64,000 bases of DNA from the NCBI RefSeq assembly GCF_009914755.1, contig NC_060925.1; one strand, written 5' to 3'. The notes under the pieces are model-generated. The model had not been told where the DNA came from and made no database searches. It worked only from the letters and a program-made list of their open reading frames with translations. The translations under genes were made by a program, and so were the position numbers. Within the stretch, counting starts at the first letter, position 1; every line of letters starts with the position of its first letter. The stretch comes from the human T2T-CHM13v2.0 reference genome, Homo sapiens. Below are positions 24,063 through 51,075 of the stretch, piece by piece.

Positions 24063-24571
24063 TCATTAATTCCATTATAAAACCAAAGACAGAGCCCGGC
24101 CTGGTGCAGTGGCTCACACCTGTAATTCCAGCACTTTGGGAGGCCGAGGCGGGCAGATCACTTAAGGTCAGGAGTTCGAGACCAGCCTGGCAAACACAGT
24201 GAAACCCCGTCTCTACTAAAAATACAAAAATTAGCCGAGTGTGGTGGTGGGTGCCTGTAGTCCCAGCTACTCGGGAAGCTGAGGAGAGGAGAATTGCTTG
24301 AACTGGGGAGGCAGAGGCTGCAGTGAGCCAAGATCCTGTCACTGCACTCCAGCCTGGGTGACAGAGTGAGACTCTCTTAAAAAAAAAAAAAAAAAAAGGC
24401 CGGGTGCGGTGGCTCACGCCCGTAATCCCAGCACTTTGGGAGGCCAAGGTGGGAGGACCACAGGGTCAGGAGATCGAGACCATCCTGGCTAACACAGTGA
24501 AACCCCATCTCTAATAAAAATACAAAAAAAAATTAGCCGGGTGTGGTGGCGGATGCCTGTAGTCCCAGCTA

Positions 24572-24770
<199 letters not shown>

Positions 24771-25129
24771 TCATAGCCACTCAGCTGCTGTTTATTGACC
24801 TGTCAACTAGACCTCAGACACTATTCTAGGCATTCATGGTACCACATGGTACAACACAATTCCTGATCTCAGGAAACTTCCTGGTAGATCTGCATCTAAG
24901 AGCATGGCAAGCAAAGAAAACACAAAAAAACCTTGTAGATTTCACACATCTACCTATAAATAAAGCATGCCAAGTTATCTGCCTGCTGGGTGGTGTCCAT
25001 GCCAAGGTCCCCCTCCATCAGCATGGTTATTCCAGAGCTGGCTACAGTCCCCAGAAAGCCTTGGAGCTTCCTTTAGGAACACCCTGCCCCCCACAGACCT
25101 ACTAGTAAATTGATGTTTAAATTTCTCTA

Positions 25130-25215
25130 CATATTGCACTCCCCAAAAGATAGCCACCAGCCACAGGTGGCTACCCACCTGAATTTAAATTGATGCAATT
25201 AAAAATTCTGTTCCC
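25130..25215. mobile_element. MER3-like hAT-Charlie MITE fragment
   Basis: TAGCCACCAGCCACAGGTGGCTAC core followed by AT-rich AATTTAAATT. Confidence 0.45.
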
Positions 25216-25824
25216 TTCGTGACCAGCCTGACCAACATGGTGAAACTCCATCTCTACTAAAAAAATACAAAAAAATTAGCTGGGCGTGGTGGCGGGCGTG
25301 TGTAATCCCAACTACTCAGGAGGCTGAGGCAGGAGAATCAGTAGAACCTCGAAGGCAGAGGTTGCAGTGAGCCGAGATGGCATCTAGCCTGGGGGACAGG
25401 GCAAGACTCCCTCTCAAAAAAAAAAAAAAAAGAAAGAAAAAAAAGCCCCTATCCCTTCAACAATGTCTGAACTGAGAACATGTGACCATTGTGTCTAAGA
25501 TGGTGGGAATTTGGACGTTCTCACCCCTGCTAGACTGTGACCCCTTAAGGCAGGGGCCACATTTTCCACACGTTTCCCTCCTGGTGCTATGCTTCTTGGC
25601 AGTGTCCAGTAAAGCATTGTTAAATTCATGGGCTTGGCTGTGCTAGGCCAGGAGGCTCCTCTTTCAACTTGGGGTGTCAGCTCAGATGTCCTTAAAGGGC
25701 TCCCCATCCTAGTACAGTCACTCTCCAGTGTCCTGCGGTTTCTCTGAGTCAAGCCGATGGAACCACAGCCTTCTCTTCACAGGCCTACCCCTACCACCAC
25801 TCCCGCCTACTCCTTTGGCAGTCA

Positions 25825-26310
<486 letters not shown>

Positions 26311-26375
26311 TCACGCCTGTAATCCCAGCACTTTGGGAGGCCGAGGCGGGCAGATCACCTGAGGTCAGGAGTTCA

Positions 26376-26609
<234 letters not shown>

Positions 26610-26659
26610 TTACTGTATGGAAGTGTCTAAAGCTATACAAAAATCTAGTAACTAGGCTA

Positions 26660-26827
<168 letters not shown>

Positions 26828-26920
26828 TCAGGAGGCTGAGGCACAAGAACTTTTTCCAGCTGGGTGCGGTGGTTCACACCTGTAATCCCAGCACTTTGGG
26901 AGGCCGAGGAGGGCAGATCA

Positions 26921-27160
<240 letters not shown>

Positions 27161-28399
27161 CTAGTAACTGTTAGAAGCTGGGTGAAAAAAGACAACATGT
27201 ATAAATTGGCTATTCACCACCCTGAAGAAGTAAATAAAAGGCCAGCCTTCCACGGGAAGATTTAAATCAAGGTTTCCTTTATTCAGGAGAGGGGTGGGAA
27301 GAATACTGGATCTGGAGTCAGAAGACTTGGGCAGGGGCTGTCCCTGGATCTCCTGGAGCAGGATGACCTTACACAGTTACTCAACTCCCAAAACTGCCAT
27401 TTCCTCCTCCACACAGGTAAGGGTGGCACTACCGACCATCAACCTCCCAGGGAATTGGGCAAACCAAGTGGGATGAGACAGGTATAAGCTCTTTGCAAAC
27501 CATGGAGCCCAAGTTTCCCAGCCAATACTCAGCAGAGCTGATTCAGGAACCTGATGCAGGCTGTCTGTCTCCAGTTATTTCCTTTTTTTTTTTTGCCCCG
27601 CTTTCCCCACCTCCAGAGTCGATGGGACCAGAACAGCCACAGAGCCAAAGTCAAAGGGGCAGGGCTCCCCCAAAGACGTTCCCCCTCTGGAAAAGTCAAA
27701 ACCGACCTTGAGGTAAGGAGAGGCCCTCGACCAGGCCAGAAGATGAGACTGAGAGTCAAGAATCGCCATAGACCCAGGACTTGCTATATGCCCAGCCTTC
27801 CTGGAGATGTCAACATCTACAGGAAAGTAACTTGCTTCTATTGGACTTGGCTTGAGCCCAAGGTCAGTCTGTGATGCCCAACCCCCAAATGTGAGGAACC
27901 CACTACCAAAACAGAAAGCAGCTCTCACTCCTGGTAGTTCATCAAGCAGGATAGGACCGGTCGCAGGCCACAGAGCCTGTGTGCAGTGGCTGAAAACCTA
28001 GACTCCTTGTCCTCACTTAGCTCATGCACAAATGCCAGCCTGCTGCTTCCGATTCTGCCGAAGAGAACTGCAGAGTAACCTTCAGGCTGCCCTCCCCACC
28101 TCCTATGGGAAATGAGCTTGTTCATGATCTCCAGCCTCCAGCTTCCTCTGGGGGCCTGCATCTATCTACTCAGTACCTGGTGGAAGAAGAGGGGGTGCTC
28201 TAGAAGGACAACCCTTTGCCTCTATTGTGTAAGATGCTTTCAGGCCCAACAGACCACTGATTCCCTTTTCTTCATAGTAAACTGTTAGAGGTAGACAGTA
28301 TTATCTGTTCTTCCTTTCAACACCTGCCCTCCCCCAAACCGAAGCAGTGCACTGAAGACGGTAGCTCTGCAACCTCCTCCCACAGGGGCACCCACCGAG

Positions 28400-29800
28400 G
28401 GGCTCGCGCGGCTCTGGGCACCTCCCCTCCACCTCTGGGGGCTTTGGTTAGCGCAGCACAACCGCCGAGGTAATGATCCCGAATCCTCGAGGAGGCTAAG
28501 CAGGACCACGGGGCTGAGGCTCCGGGATGCTCGGGCGAGGCCCGAGGCGGGGCGGCCCACGGGCGCCGGTCGCCGGGCTCTGGAGCTGTGCATTGACCTC
28601 CGCCCGCCCCGTCCCTGCCTGGCTTTCTCGCCCAAACGGCCCGTGGCGCGGCCGCCGCCCTGGAGATGCGGCCAGGAGGAGCCGGCTGGAGGCGGGCGGG
28701 GGCCGCCCGGCTTGTGCGGCATCGCGAGTCGCATCCCGGCCGGGCGGGCGTCCGGGGCGGCGGCGCGGAAGGCCGTGCGGGGAATCGGCGGGCGGGGGCG
28801 GCCTCGGCGGGTGGGGACCACAGAGCCAAGCGGGGCAGGCCTGGGGCGGTGACCGGCGCGCCTGGCCGCTGCAGGCTGCGCGCGGGCCCTCTCTTACCGG
28901 CAGATCTGGATGGCGGACGGCGTCTCGACGTCTGGGCCCGACATGCTGGGGGCTGCGGCGGCGGATGCGGCGGGCGGCTGCAGAAGGGCGCAGGTGTCTG
29001 GCAGGCCCGGCGCGGAATGAATGAGCCCGGGCCGCGCCATAAAGGGGGAGGGCAGAGGTGGAGCGATGGGGCTGGTGAGGCGGGGCCTGCGCGCCGGGGG
29101 CGAATCGAACGCGGCCTCCCCGCGCCGACCCCGCCCCCGCGCCGGCCCCACCCCGAGCCCCGCCTCCCAGGCCGCCAAGGCTGCAGAGAGCTCGCGCGGG
29201 CGTACGATTCTGGCGGCGTGGGGGCCCAGGCAGCCGCCGCTTCCAGAAGGTTCGGTGGCGGTTGGGCCGCGCCGGTGCGGGGAAGGCCCGCTAGCCGCGG
29301 CAGCCGCGCCCGACCCGGTGGCAGCCCCGAGGGAAGCGTCTGGGGCGGCCTAAGTGGCGGAGCAGGGCGGACTTGGGCCCTCACTCTCCGCGCGGCGGTA
29401 AATATTTGTGCTGGGCGTTCCCGGCCGCCCGCGCCGCCGATTCGCTGCCGCGCCCAGTGCCTGGGCGGCCGGATGAGGTCAGAGCGGAAGGCGCGGCCCG
29501 GGCTCCTGGCAGTGGGGCCTGATTCCCACCCCCGCCCCCAACCCACCCCGGCACCAGTCGCCCGCATCGCGGCTCTCGCTAAGATCGGCCCTAAGAGAGA
29601 ATGGAAGGCTGTTTCCTAGAAAGGAGCATTGGTGGCGGCTGCTGGGAAGACACGGGGAATGGAACGGGCCTTTGCTTCCGCAGCACAAAGCGTCACGAGG
29701 TGGGGAGGAGGAAAGGCCGGCGACTATCTACACCGCCGCCTGCAGCTTTTACTGGGAGCGCTGAGCGCCAGCCTGGAGGTGCACGTGTTGCAGTGAGGAG
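28400..29800. promoter_or_regulatory. ACOT7: CpG island / main ACOT7 promoter
   Basis: Very high GC and CpG content with multiple GC boxes, enclosing the first coding exon. Confidence 0.9.
28898..29040 (-). CDS. ACOT7: ACOT7 first coding exon (main cytosolic isoform; in-frame ATGs at 29040 and 28944)
   Basis: MARPGLIHSAPGLPDTCALLQPPAASAAAAPSMSGPDVETPSAIQIC(R); 143 nt = 47 codons + 2; strong donor CG|GTAAGA at 28897. Confidence 0.95.
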
Positions 29801-30083
29801 CCCTGAAACATGCGTGTTTTACTGCACAAGATGTGCCCTTGAATGGAGTCTAGGCCAGTCGGGGTCACCAAAAAAAATCCACCAAAAAACACCCAAGAAG
29901 GGAGAAGCGGTCACCCCCCACGTGCTGGAATGACAGCTTTTTACTTGCTAGGCAGTTGGACCTTTTCCGAATTTTCTACAATGCACATAGATTTGTACTT
30001 ACATCTTTAAATTAAAACCCACGCAACTCCGGCTCCCTAGTGCAATTTGAACAACCCATTTACACTCAGCTAGGTAGCTCTGA

Positions 30084-30440
<357 letters not shown>

Positions 30441-30716
30441 TAGCCAGGATGGTCTTGATCTCCTGACCTTGTGATCTGCCCGCCTCTGCCTCCCAAAGTG
30501 GTGGGATTACAGGCGTGAGCCACCACGCCTGGCCTGTTTTCTTTTTTTGATATAGAGTCTCGTTCTGTCGCCCAGGCTGGAATGCAGTGGTGTGATAGCT
30601 CACTGTAACCTCTGCCATCCAGTTTCAAGCAATTCTCCTGCCTCAACCACACTGAGTAGCTGGGACCATAGGCATGCACCACCACGTTTGGCTTATTTTT
30701 GTATTTTTAGTACAGA

Positions 30717-32067
<1,351 letters not shown>

Positions 32068-32138
32068 TAGTGAGAATTAAGTTGATGCAAGCATCAAGGG
32101 CCCCCAAGCCTGTTCAAACACCACCTCTTCCCAATTGA

Positions 32139-32653
<515 letters not shown>

Positions 32654-33399
32654 TGAGTGCAGCAAGAATTTACTAAGACCCCATGCTCCCTGTATAGGTG
32701 TGCTTGCTCCTCTGAGCATTACAGACACTTCATTGTTCAAAATCTTCTAAATCTGCCTGGCATGGGGGCTTGCACCCATAATCCCAGGAGGCTGAGGCAA
32801 GAGGATCCCCTGAACCTAGGAGTTTGAGGCTGCAGTGCCCTCTGATGGCTCCTGTAAACAGCCACTGCACTCCAGCCTGGGCAACATAGACTCTGTCTCT
32901 TAAAAAAAAAAAAAGTTCAAATGCTGCTTGGGACACAAATCAGGGACACAAAAAGCCAGATTCCAGCCACACACTGAACCAGAGGGAATCTTAGACAAGG
33001 ATGGGCCAAGTGGTTTAGAATGAAATAGCCTGGGCCCTCCAGAGTGAGGCCAAAAAGTGATCTGGAACAGTTCCTATACTTTTGGGAAAGGGTGTGGCTA
33101 CCCTTCCACCTGAGACAGCATCTGTCCCTCCTGCTCACATCACTACCCCGAAGGTGGTAGAGGGACCCAGAAAAGATAACAGCTCAGCCCAGAGATTATC
33201 ATGTACCCATTCTGCACTGTAGAAAGAAAATAGTGCTCCAGATTACTACTTATGATGTTGCCCTGTTTTTAAGGATGGCAATGGGGGCGCCCAATTCCTC
33301 AGCAAAAACCTTGTGAATGATTTTGGCCATAGTGCTAATGGATTTACACTGATTTTGCACCTTCCACAGTCTCACCTTCTCGTGTTAGGCTATTTTCTA

Positions 33400-35191
<1,792 letters not shown>

Positions 35192-35721
35192 ACTTCATAG
35201 AGATAATTATTATATCAACAGCAGATATTAATTCATTATATTTAGCTTATACTCTTTAAAAATATTGACAAACTGTCACTTTAAACAATCTTTAAATATT
35301 TTAAACTATCTTTAAATATATGGTTTAGGCCGGGCGCAGTGGCTCATGCCTGTAATCCCAGCACTTTGGGAGGCCGAGGTGGGCAGATCACAAGGTCAGG
35401 AGATCAAGACCATACTGGCTAACACGGTGAAACCCCATCTCTACTAAAAATACAAAAAATTAGCCGGGCGTGATGGCGGGCGCCTGTAGTCCCAGCTACT
35501 CAGGAGGCTGAGGCAGGAGAATGGCTTGAACCTGGGAGGCGGAGCTTACGGTAAGCCGAGATCCCACCACTGCACTCCAGCCTGGGCCGCAGAGCAAGAC
35601 TTTGTCTCAAAAAAAAAAAAAGAAAAAATATGTATATATCTATATATGGTTTAAATAGGGCTGGGCGTGGTGGCTCACGCCTGTAATCCCAGTACTTTAA
35701 GAGGCCGAGGCAGGCAGATCA

Positions 35722-36204
<483 letters not shown>

Positions 36205-36311
36205 TAAAAGAATCCCTGGCCGGGCACGGTGGCTCACGCCTGTAATCCCAGCACTTTGGCGGGCCAAGGTGGGCAGATCACGAGGTCAGGAATTCAAGAC
36301 CAGTCTGGCTA

Positions 36312-36569
<258 letters not shown>

Positions 36570-38012
36570 TCATGCCTGTGAGCTTGCAGTGAGCCAAGAT
36601 CATGCCACTGTACTCCAGCCTGGGCGACTGAGTGAGACTCCGTCTCAAAAAAAAAAAAAAACCCTTCTCTACTCGGGAGACTGAGGCAGGAGAATCGCTT
36701 GAACCCAGGAGGCAGAGGTTGCAGTGAGCCAAGATCACGCCTTTGCACTCCAGCCCAGTTGACAATGCAAGACTCCGTCTCAAAAACAACAACAACAAAA
36801 AAAAAAAAAAACAAAAGAAAAAAACCAACGAATACCTATAGTATCATGCCACACACGCAATGATCTAAAACTCTGTTAGGAGAACATAAGTAGGTGGTAA
36901 AGCTATAAAGAACAAGGAAATTATTATCACAAAACTCAGGATAGCGGGTACCTCTCAACGGAAGCGAGAGGATTGCGCTGGGGGATCACCTGGGGGTCGG
37001 GAGTGTTCATGTTTTCTTGACCTGGGGAATAGTGTACATGCTTACAATAAATGTTTTACATTGTGCATATGTTTTATGCATTTTTATGTTTATGTTCCAA
37101 TTTTTTTAAATTAATGGGAATATCTGGGATGTGAGGTTGTGGACAATTTTCTTTCTTTAAATTTTTTTTTTTTTTTTGAAACAGAGTCTCACTCTGTTGC
37201 CCAGGCTGTCGCTGGCACAATCTCAGCTCACTGCAAACCTCCGCCTCCTGGGTTCAAGGGATTCTCCTGCCTCAGCCTCCCGAGTAGCTGGAACTACAGG
37301 CATGTGCCACCACACCCGGCTAATTTTTTGTATTTTTAGTAAAGACAGCATTTCACCGTGTGAGCCAGGATGGTCTCCATCTCCTGACCTTGTGTTCCGC
37401 CTGCCTTGACCTCCCAAAGTGCTGGGATTACATGCGTAAGCCACCAAGGCCGGCCTCTTTCTTTATATTTTTAAGGAAGTAGTGAGCCTGCCTCGTGGTT
37501 AAGGGTGTGGACCATCCAGTCAAAATTCTGTATCATAGCTTTACTTCCTACCCAGGCAGGTCACCTACCCACTCACTGGGCAGGTTGCTTCATCAGTAAT
37601 GTGATCATAGTGCTGTGAGAACTGAACAAGTAAGGGAAGACATGCAATTAAGCATTCTAAAATATTAACTATTAGTGTATTTGACTCCATTAAACATAAT
37701 AAATGTCAGTTTTTGAACTGAAGATTTATATAACTCAGAGCTCTAAAATAGAAGAGGACCAGGCTCAGTGGCTGACTCCTGGAATCCCAGCACTTTGGGA
37801 GGCCAAGGCAGGAGGATCACTTGAGGCCAGGGGTTCAAGACCAGCCTGGGCAACATACAGAGACCCCACCTCCACAAAAAATTAAAAAATTAGCCGAGTG
37901 TGCAGTGACTCACGCCTGTAATCCCAGTACTTTGGGAGGCTGAGGCAGGTGGATCACGAGGTCAGGAGATTGAGACCATCCTGGCTAACACAGTGAAACC
38001 CCGCCTCTACTA

Positions 38013-38431
<419 letters not shown>

Positions 38432-39156
38432 TCAGCTTGAGAAGCCAAGCAGCCCTGGGGTCCTGGGGGCTGCAGGAATGGATGCGTTTGACCAGATGGG
38501 AGGGATTCAGATCACCTTGGCCCAAGGAGAAGACCCTAACTGGTTCAAGCTGGGATTCACACAAGAGGAGGACACTGCAGGATTCTCCAGGGTCTGCCAT
38601 CACAGCCTCCCAGGAATCATACAGGATGCAGCCGGAGAGCCGCTCTGTTCACACAGCCACTGTGTTTCTTTCATGTTAATGAATTTAGCTCTTGTGTTTA
38701 TCCTCTGCAGAGATGATAGACACTTCATGATTATTCCTCTTGTCCATGGAATTGAATAGACAAGACCCTAAGTCTGTTGCCAGCAGGAAATGTGAGTAAA
38801 TGCTGAAGCATACACATAGTCTTCTGTTCCCAAAGGGCCGACACATCTAAAAGACAAACAGAAGAGGCTACTTAGAGGGGCACGATGGCTCTCCTCTGTA
38901 ATCCCAGCACTTGGGGAGGCTGAGGCAGGTGGATCACTTGAGCCTAGGAGTTCCAGACCAGCCTGGGCAACATGGCAAAACCCCGTCTCAAAAAAAAAAA
39001 AAAATTAGCCGGGCATGGTGGTGTGCACCTGTGGTACCAGCTACATGGGAGGCTGAGGCGGGAGGATCTCCTGAGCCTGGGGAGATCATCTGGACATCAG
39101 AGTAAGACCATCTCAAAAAAAAAAAAAAAAAAGGAACAGCCTCTCCTCCTAACTGA

Positions 39157-39819
<663 letters not shown>

Positions 39820-40067
39820 TAAAACTCATAAACGACCCATTTGAAAGCGGGACCCATAATCCAAGAGGGAAGGTCAAAAATAAATGGGTCATTTCCCGGA
39901 GAAGAAAAACACCTCTATGTTTGGAGTAGACATACATTCATTTCCCAAAAGCAGCATTTGGAGATCATCTCTTTAAGTAGGTCAAACTTTATAACTAGAA
40001 TTATAGCCGTGCCCCGGTGCCTGCAAATTAACGGGGTTAGTGGGAGGAGATCTAAGTGACATGACCT

Positions 40068-40577
<510 letters not shown>

Positions 40578-41159
40578 TCACAATAAACGTTCCCCCACTC
40601 AAATTTTTAACAAGAACTCCGTGATTATGACAAAAGACACACAGTCAAGGGTAATTCTATTTTTCCTCATGATAATAAAAAGCTGAGGTATAATTGTATG
40701 TTTCTCAAGGGCCTTAAAGAAAAACGATGTTGGTTTTATGCATCAAGTAATTGCTGTGTGAAGAGCTAAAGGGCCCTCATGTGCAGGAGATAATCAGCGG
40801 GAGCTCTGCACCAGTGTGACTGTGGCCAACACACTGGAGGCGACTGCTCCCAGCCCGCAGCCCCACCCAGCAGAGGCCGGAGCCCAAGACGGTGCCCGAG
40901 TCGCTTCCTCACCGTTGGTGAGCAGGCTCCCAGAGAAAGAACTGCCTTCCAACCAAACGCCCACCAGATGAGGGAGATTTGGGCGAAACGGCCACACATT
41001 CATCTTGACACCTAGGATCACTCAGAGAGCAGAACTACCTTCTGTCCTCAGCAGGACAATAACTCAAGTTAGATTCAGCATCAGCGGGAATGACCTGGAG
41101 GGGCTTCCTAACTGGTGATGAGGCGGCTAACTAGTTGAGTAAAAATGTTATAAACCAAA

Positions 41160-41380
41160 GGGTCCGGAGTCTTACAGTCCAAACCCACCTCCATGCACCT
41201 CCTAGCTGTGTGGCCTTAGGTAAGTTCCTTGGCCCCTCTGCACTTCAGTTTTCTCATCTGAAAATGGGGCAATAATAGTATCTACCTTGTCAAGTTTGTA
41301 TAAAGATTAGGTGAGTTACCAGGCACACATCAGAGCAGGGCCTGGTGCAGAGGGAGAGCCTGGTAGATAGCACCATTATA
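41160..41380 (+). mobile_element. MIR SINE
   Basis: CTAGCTGTGTGGCCTTAGGTAAGTTCCTT..CTTCAGTTTTCTCATCTGAAAATGGGG core. Confidence 0.8.
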
Positions 41381-42028
41381 CCTAATTCATAGTGAGCATT
41401 CTCAAGGGCCAAACAGGCATTTATTGAGCATCTTATATATACCAGGCCCTGTGCTGGGCGCTAGTATCTTACCTATGATACCACATGGTACAGAAACCAT
41501 CTGGGTATTCATAAAGGGCAGTTGCAGAAAAAATGCACAAATCGTAATTGTACGGCTTAATGCATGATCATAAAGGAATGCACCCATTAACCCGTCCCCA
41601 GATCAAGGAAGACATCACCAGCACCCCAGAAGTGCTTCTCTTGCTTTCTGCCAAATATGGGGACCTCTTCTCCCTAAAGGGAATAACCATCCACAACATC
41701 AGTGCTGTAGTGGGTAGCAGGAATTTGTGCATGCTTGTTGCTGTATAATGTTGCATTGCATGAATAATGAATATAAGGATCTTTGCATTTCTTTTTTTTT
41801 TTTTTTTTTTTTTTTGAGATGGAGTCTCACTATGTCGCCCAGGCTGGAATGCAGTGGCGCAATCTCAGCTCACTGCAAGCTCCGCCTCCTGAGTTCACGT
41901 CATTCTTCTGCCTTAGCCTCCTGAGGAGCTGGGACTACAGGCACCCGCCATCATGCCCAGCTAATTTTTTGTACTTTTTGTAGAGATGGGGTTTCACCAT
42001 GTTAGCTAGGATGGTCTCGATCTCCTGA

Positions 42029-42292
<264 letters not shown>

Positions 42293-42409
42293 TGAACATG
42301 GGGTTTCACCATGTTGGCCAGGGTGGTCTCGAACCCCTGACCTCAAGTGATCTGCTTGCCTCAACCTCCCAAAGTGCTGGGTTACAGGCATGAGCCACCA
42401 TACCCTGCC

Positions 42410-46488
<4,079 letters not shown>

Positions 46489-46619
46489 TAGTAGAGACAG
46501 GTTTCACCTTGTTGGCCAGGCTGGTCTCAAACTCCTGACCTCAAGTGATCCGCCTGCCTCAGCTTCCCAAAGTTCTGGGATTACAGGCACGAGCCACCAC
46601 GCATGGCCCCCTGCAGCTT

Positions 46620-48720
<2,101 letters not shown>

Positions 48721-48801
48721 ATTACATCCTGTAAGTACGAAGAGAATGGAAGGCATTTATCTTGTTATTGTCACTGGGGCAGATCCGGAGTCAGCTCTGG
48801 G

Positions 48802-49102
48802 CGGAGATGGATTTACCCTGGAGCTGCTGAAGCTTAAGCTGGGGGCTGCTCAGGAGCCTGGATGTAGAGTAGGAAGCAGTTCTGAGCATGGAGGGGAAGC
48901 CAGGTGTGCCAGCCAGAAGCATCCTATGAAAAGAGAGGCCAAAAGGATGAGATGTGAATCTCCAAGCACCACTAGTTAATATGACTTATTTTCATTCTGA
49001 ATATTCATTTTCATACTTAGAAGTCTATATTCGTAATTTTAGATTAGTTCTCCTACAAAGGGCCTCAAAATTTAGTTCCTACAATACCTGGATCTGCCTC
49101 TG
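48802..49102 (+). mobile_element. Non-autonomous hAT-Tip100-type DNA element (Zaphod/MER115/ORSL-like)
   Basis: 5' end CGGAGATGGATTTACCCTGGAGCTGCTGAAGCTTAAGCT and 3' end ACCTGGATCTGCCTCTG resemble CAGGGGCGGATTTACC...CCTGGATCCGCCCCTG termini; subfamily uncertain. Confidence 0.6.
48834..48923 (-). CDS. HES2: HES2 alternative terminal coding exon (short 76-aa isoform)
   Basis: Acceptor CTCTCTTTTCATAG|GAT at 48924, phase 0 like the exon 2 donor; encodes DASGWHTWLPLHAQNCFLLYIQAPEQPPA*, matching my recollection of the annotated short HES2 isoform C-terminus. Confidence 0.7.
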   Translation of the reverse strand, partial: DASGWHTWLPLHAQNCFLLYIQAPEQPPA

Positions 49103-49567
49103 ATTTTTTTTTGTGTGTGAGACAGAGTCTCACTCTGTTGCCCAGGCGGGAGTGTAGTGGCGTGATCTTGGCTCACTGCAACCTCTACCTCTGGGTTCAA
49201 GCGATTCTCCTGCCTCAGCCTCCCAAATAGCTGGGACTACAGACACCCACCACCATGTCCAGCTAATTTTTGTATTTTTGGTACAGCTGGGATTTCGCCA
49301 TGTTGACCAGGCTGGCCTCAAACTCCTGGCCTCAAGTGATCTGGCTGTCTCGACCTCCCAAAGTGCTGGGATTACAGGTGTGAGCCACCATGCGCCACCA
49401 CCCACCCCCCACATTGCCCAGCTAATTTTTGTATTTTTAGTAGAGATGGGATTTCACCATGTTGACCAGGCTGGTCTCAAATTCCTGACCTCAAGTGATC
49501 CACCTCTCTCGGCCTCCCAAAGTTCTGGGATTACAGGCATGAGCCACCGCGCCCAGAATGCCTCTGA

Positions 49568-49838
<271 letters not shown>

Positions 49839-50859
49839 TGATCCACCCACCTCAGTCTCCCGAAGTGCTGGGATTACAGGCGTGAGCTGCCACGCCCAGC
49901 CTGGTTCATTCTTCTTTAACATTGTCCTGTGCTGCCTGAGGTTCGTGAAAAATCCTAACATAACGAACACCAAGATGTGGGGCTCTCTGGTTCCCCCTCC
50001 ACGACAGAACCAGCGGTGGACACGTATTCAGCCTGGAATCTTCTTCCTTCAGGCCTCACCCCCAGGACAGGGAACCCCTCATTCCTGCGCCTGGTCCTGG
50101 ACCAGCTGCCGAGCCCCTGCTCCCTGCTGCCCCCCAATGGACCTCGGGTAACAAGACACCACGTGTGTGGGGCGTGTTCTCTAGATCCGTTCTCACGATC
50201 CTGAAACCATTATTGAGCCTTACAGCTGCTTTAAGCGCCCGGGGCTTCATCAGAGCCTTTGAAAACCCCAGGTGAAACTAGTTACTCACTGGGAAGCCTC
50301 GGTGTGTGGCTGCCTTCTCCCTGATACTGCATGCCCGGGCAGCTCTCTGAAGGGCAGCCACAGCCACACGGTTACACAGGGACACACAAACACACGCACA
50401 TGCACACCTACACACACGCAGGCACTCCCACTCAGCCCCCAGAGATCCATCCACACTCGAAGGAGGCTCAGACAAGAAGTTAAGCTAGCAGAAACAACAT
50501 CATTGGCTGGGTTAGCTCCTCTCTACAATGGCTTTAGAAACCTGGAATTTTTTTTTAAAGTACAGGCAGGCTGGGCGAGGTGGCTCATACCTGTAATTCC
50601 AGCATTTTAGGAGGCTGAAGTGGGGGAGGATCGCTTGAGCCCAGGAGTTCAAGACCAGCATGGGCAATGTAGCAAGACCTCAGGGCATCTCTACAAAAAA
50701 TAAAAAAATTAGCCGGGCGTGGCAGCGTGCGCCTGTAGTCCCAGCTAGTCAGGAGGCTGAGGTGGGAGGACGGCTTGAGCCCAGGAACTCAAGGCTGTAG
50801 TGAGCCATTATTGCACCACTACACTCCAGACAGAGCAAGACCCTGTCTCAAAACAAGTA

Positions 50860-51075
50860 CAGGCACACCCCATTTTATTGCAGTTCACTTTATTGCACGT
50901 CAAGATATTGCCTTTTTTTTTTTTTAAACAAATTGAAGGTTCGGGGTAACTCCAGAGTCAAGCAAGTCTATTGGCAACATTTTCCCACGAGCATGTGCCC
51001 ACTTTGTATCTGTGTGTCACACTTTCGCAATTCTTGCAATATTTCAAACTTCTTCCTTATTATATCTGTTGTGAA
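50860..51075 (+). mobile_element. Tigger1 5' terminal fragment
   Basis: TA|CAGGCACACCCCATTTTATTGCAGTTCACTTTATTGCAC..AAATTGAAGGTT..GCAAGTCTATTGGC..TGTGTCACACTTT..CAATATTTCAAACTT matches the Tigger1 left end. Confidence 0.88.
50874..50894 (-). terminator. HES2: Tandem AATAAA signals (50889-50894, 50874-50879): probable distal HES2 poly(A) site
   Basis: Two minus-strand AATAAA ~3.6 kb after the HES2 stop; no other minus-strand AATAAA seen by eye between these and 54319. Confidence 0.6.

Noticed and set aside
28317-29619. 416-aa (minus) and 317-aa (plus) ORFs over the ACOT7 promoter
   Set aside because: GC-rich open frames with no recognisable homology; the true coding frame is the 28898-29040 exon.
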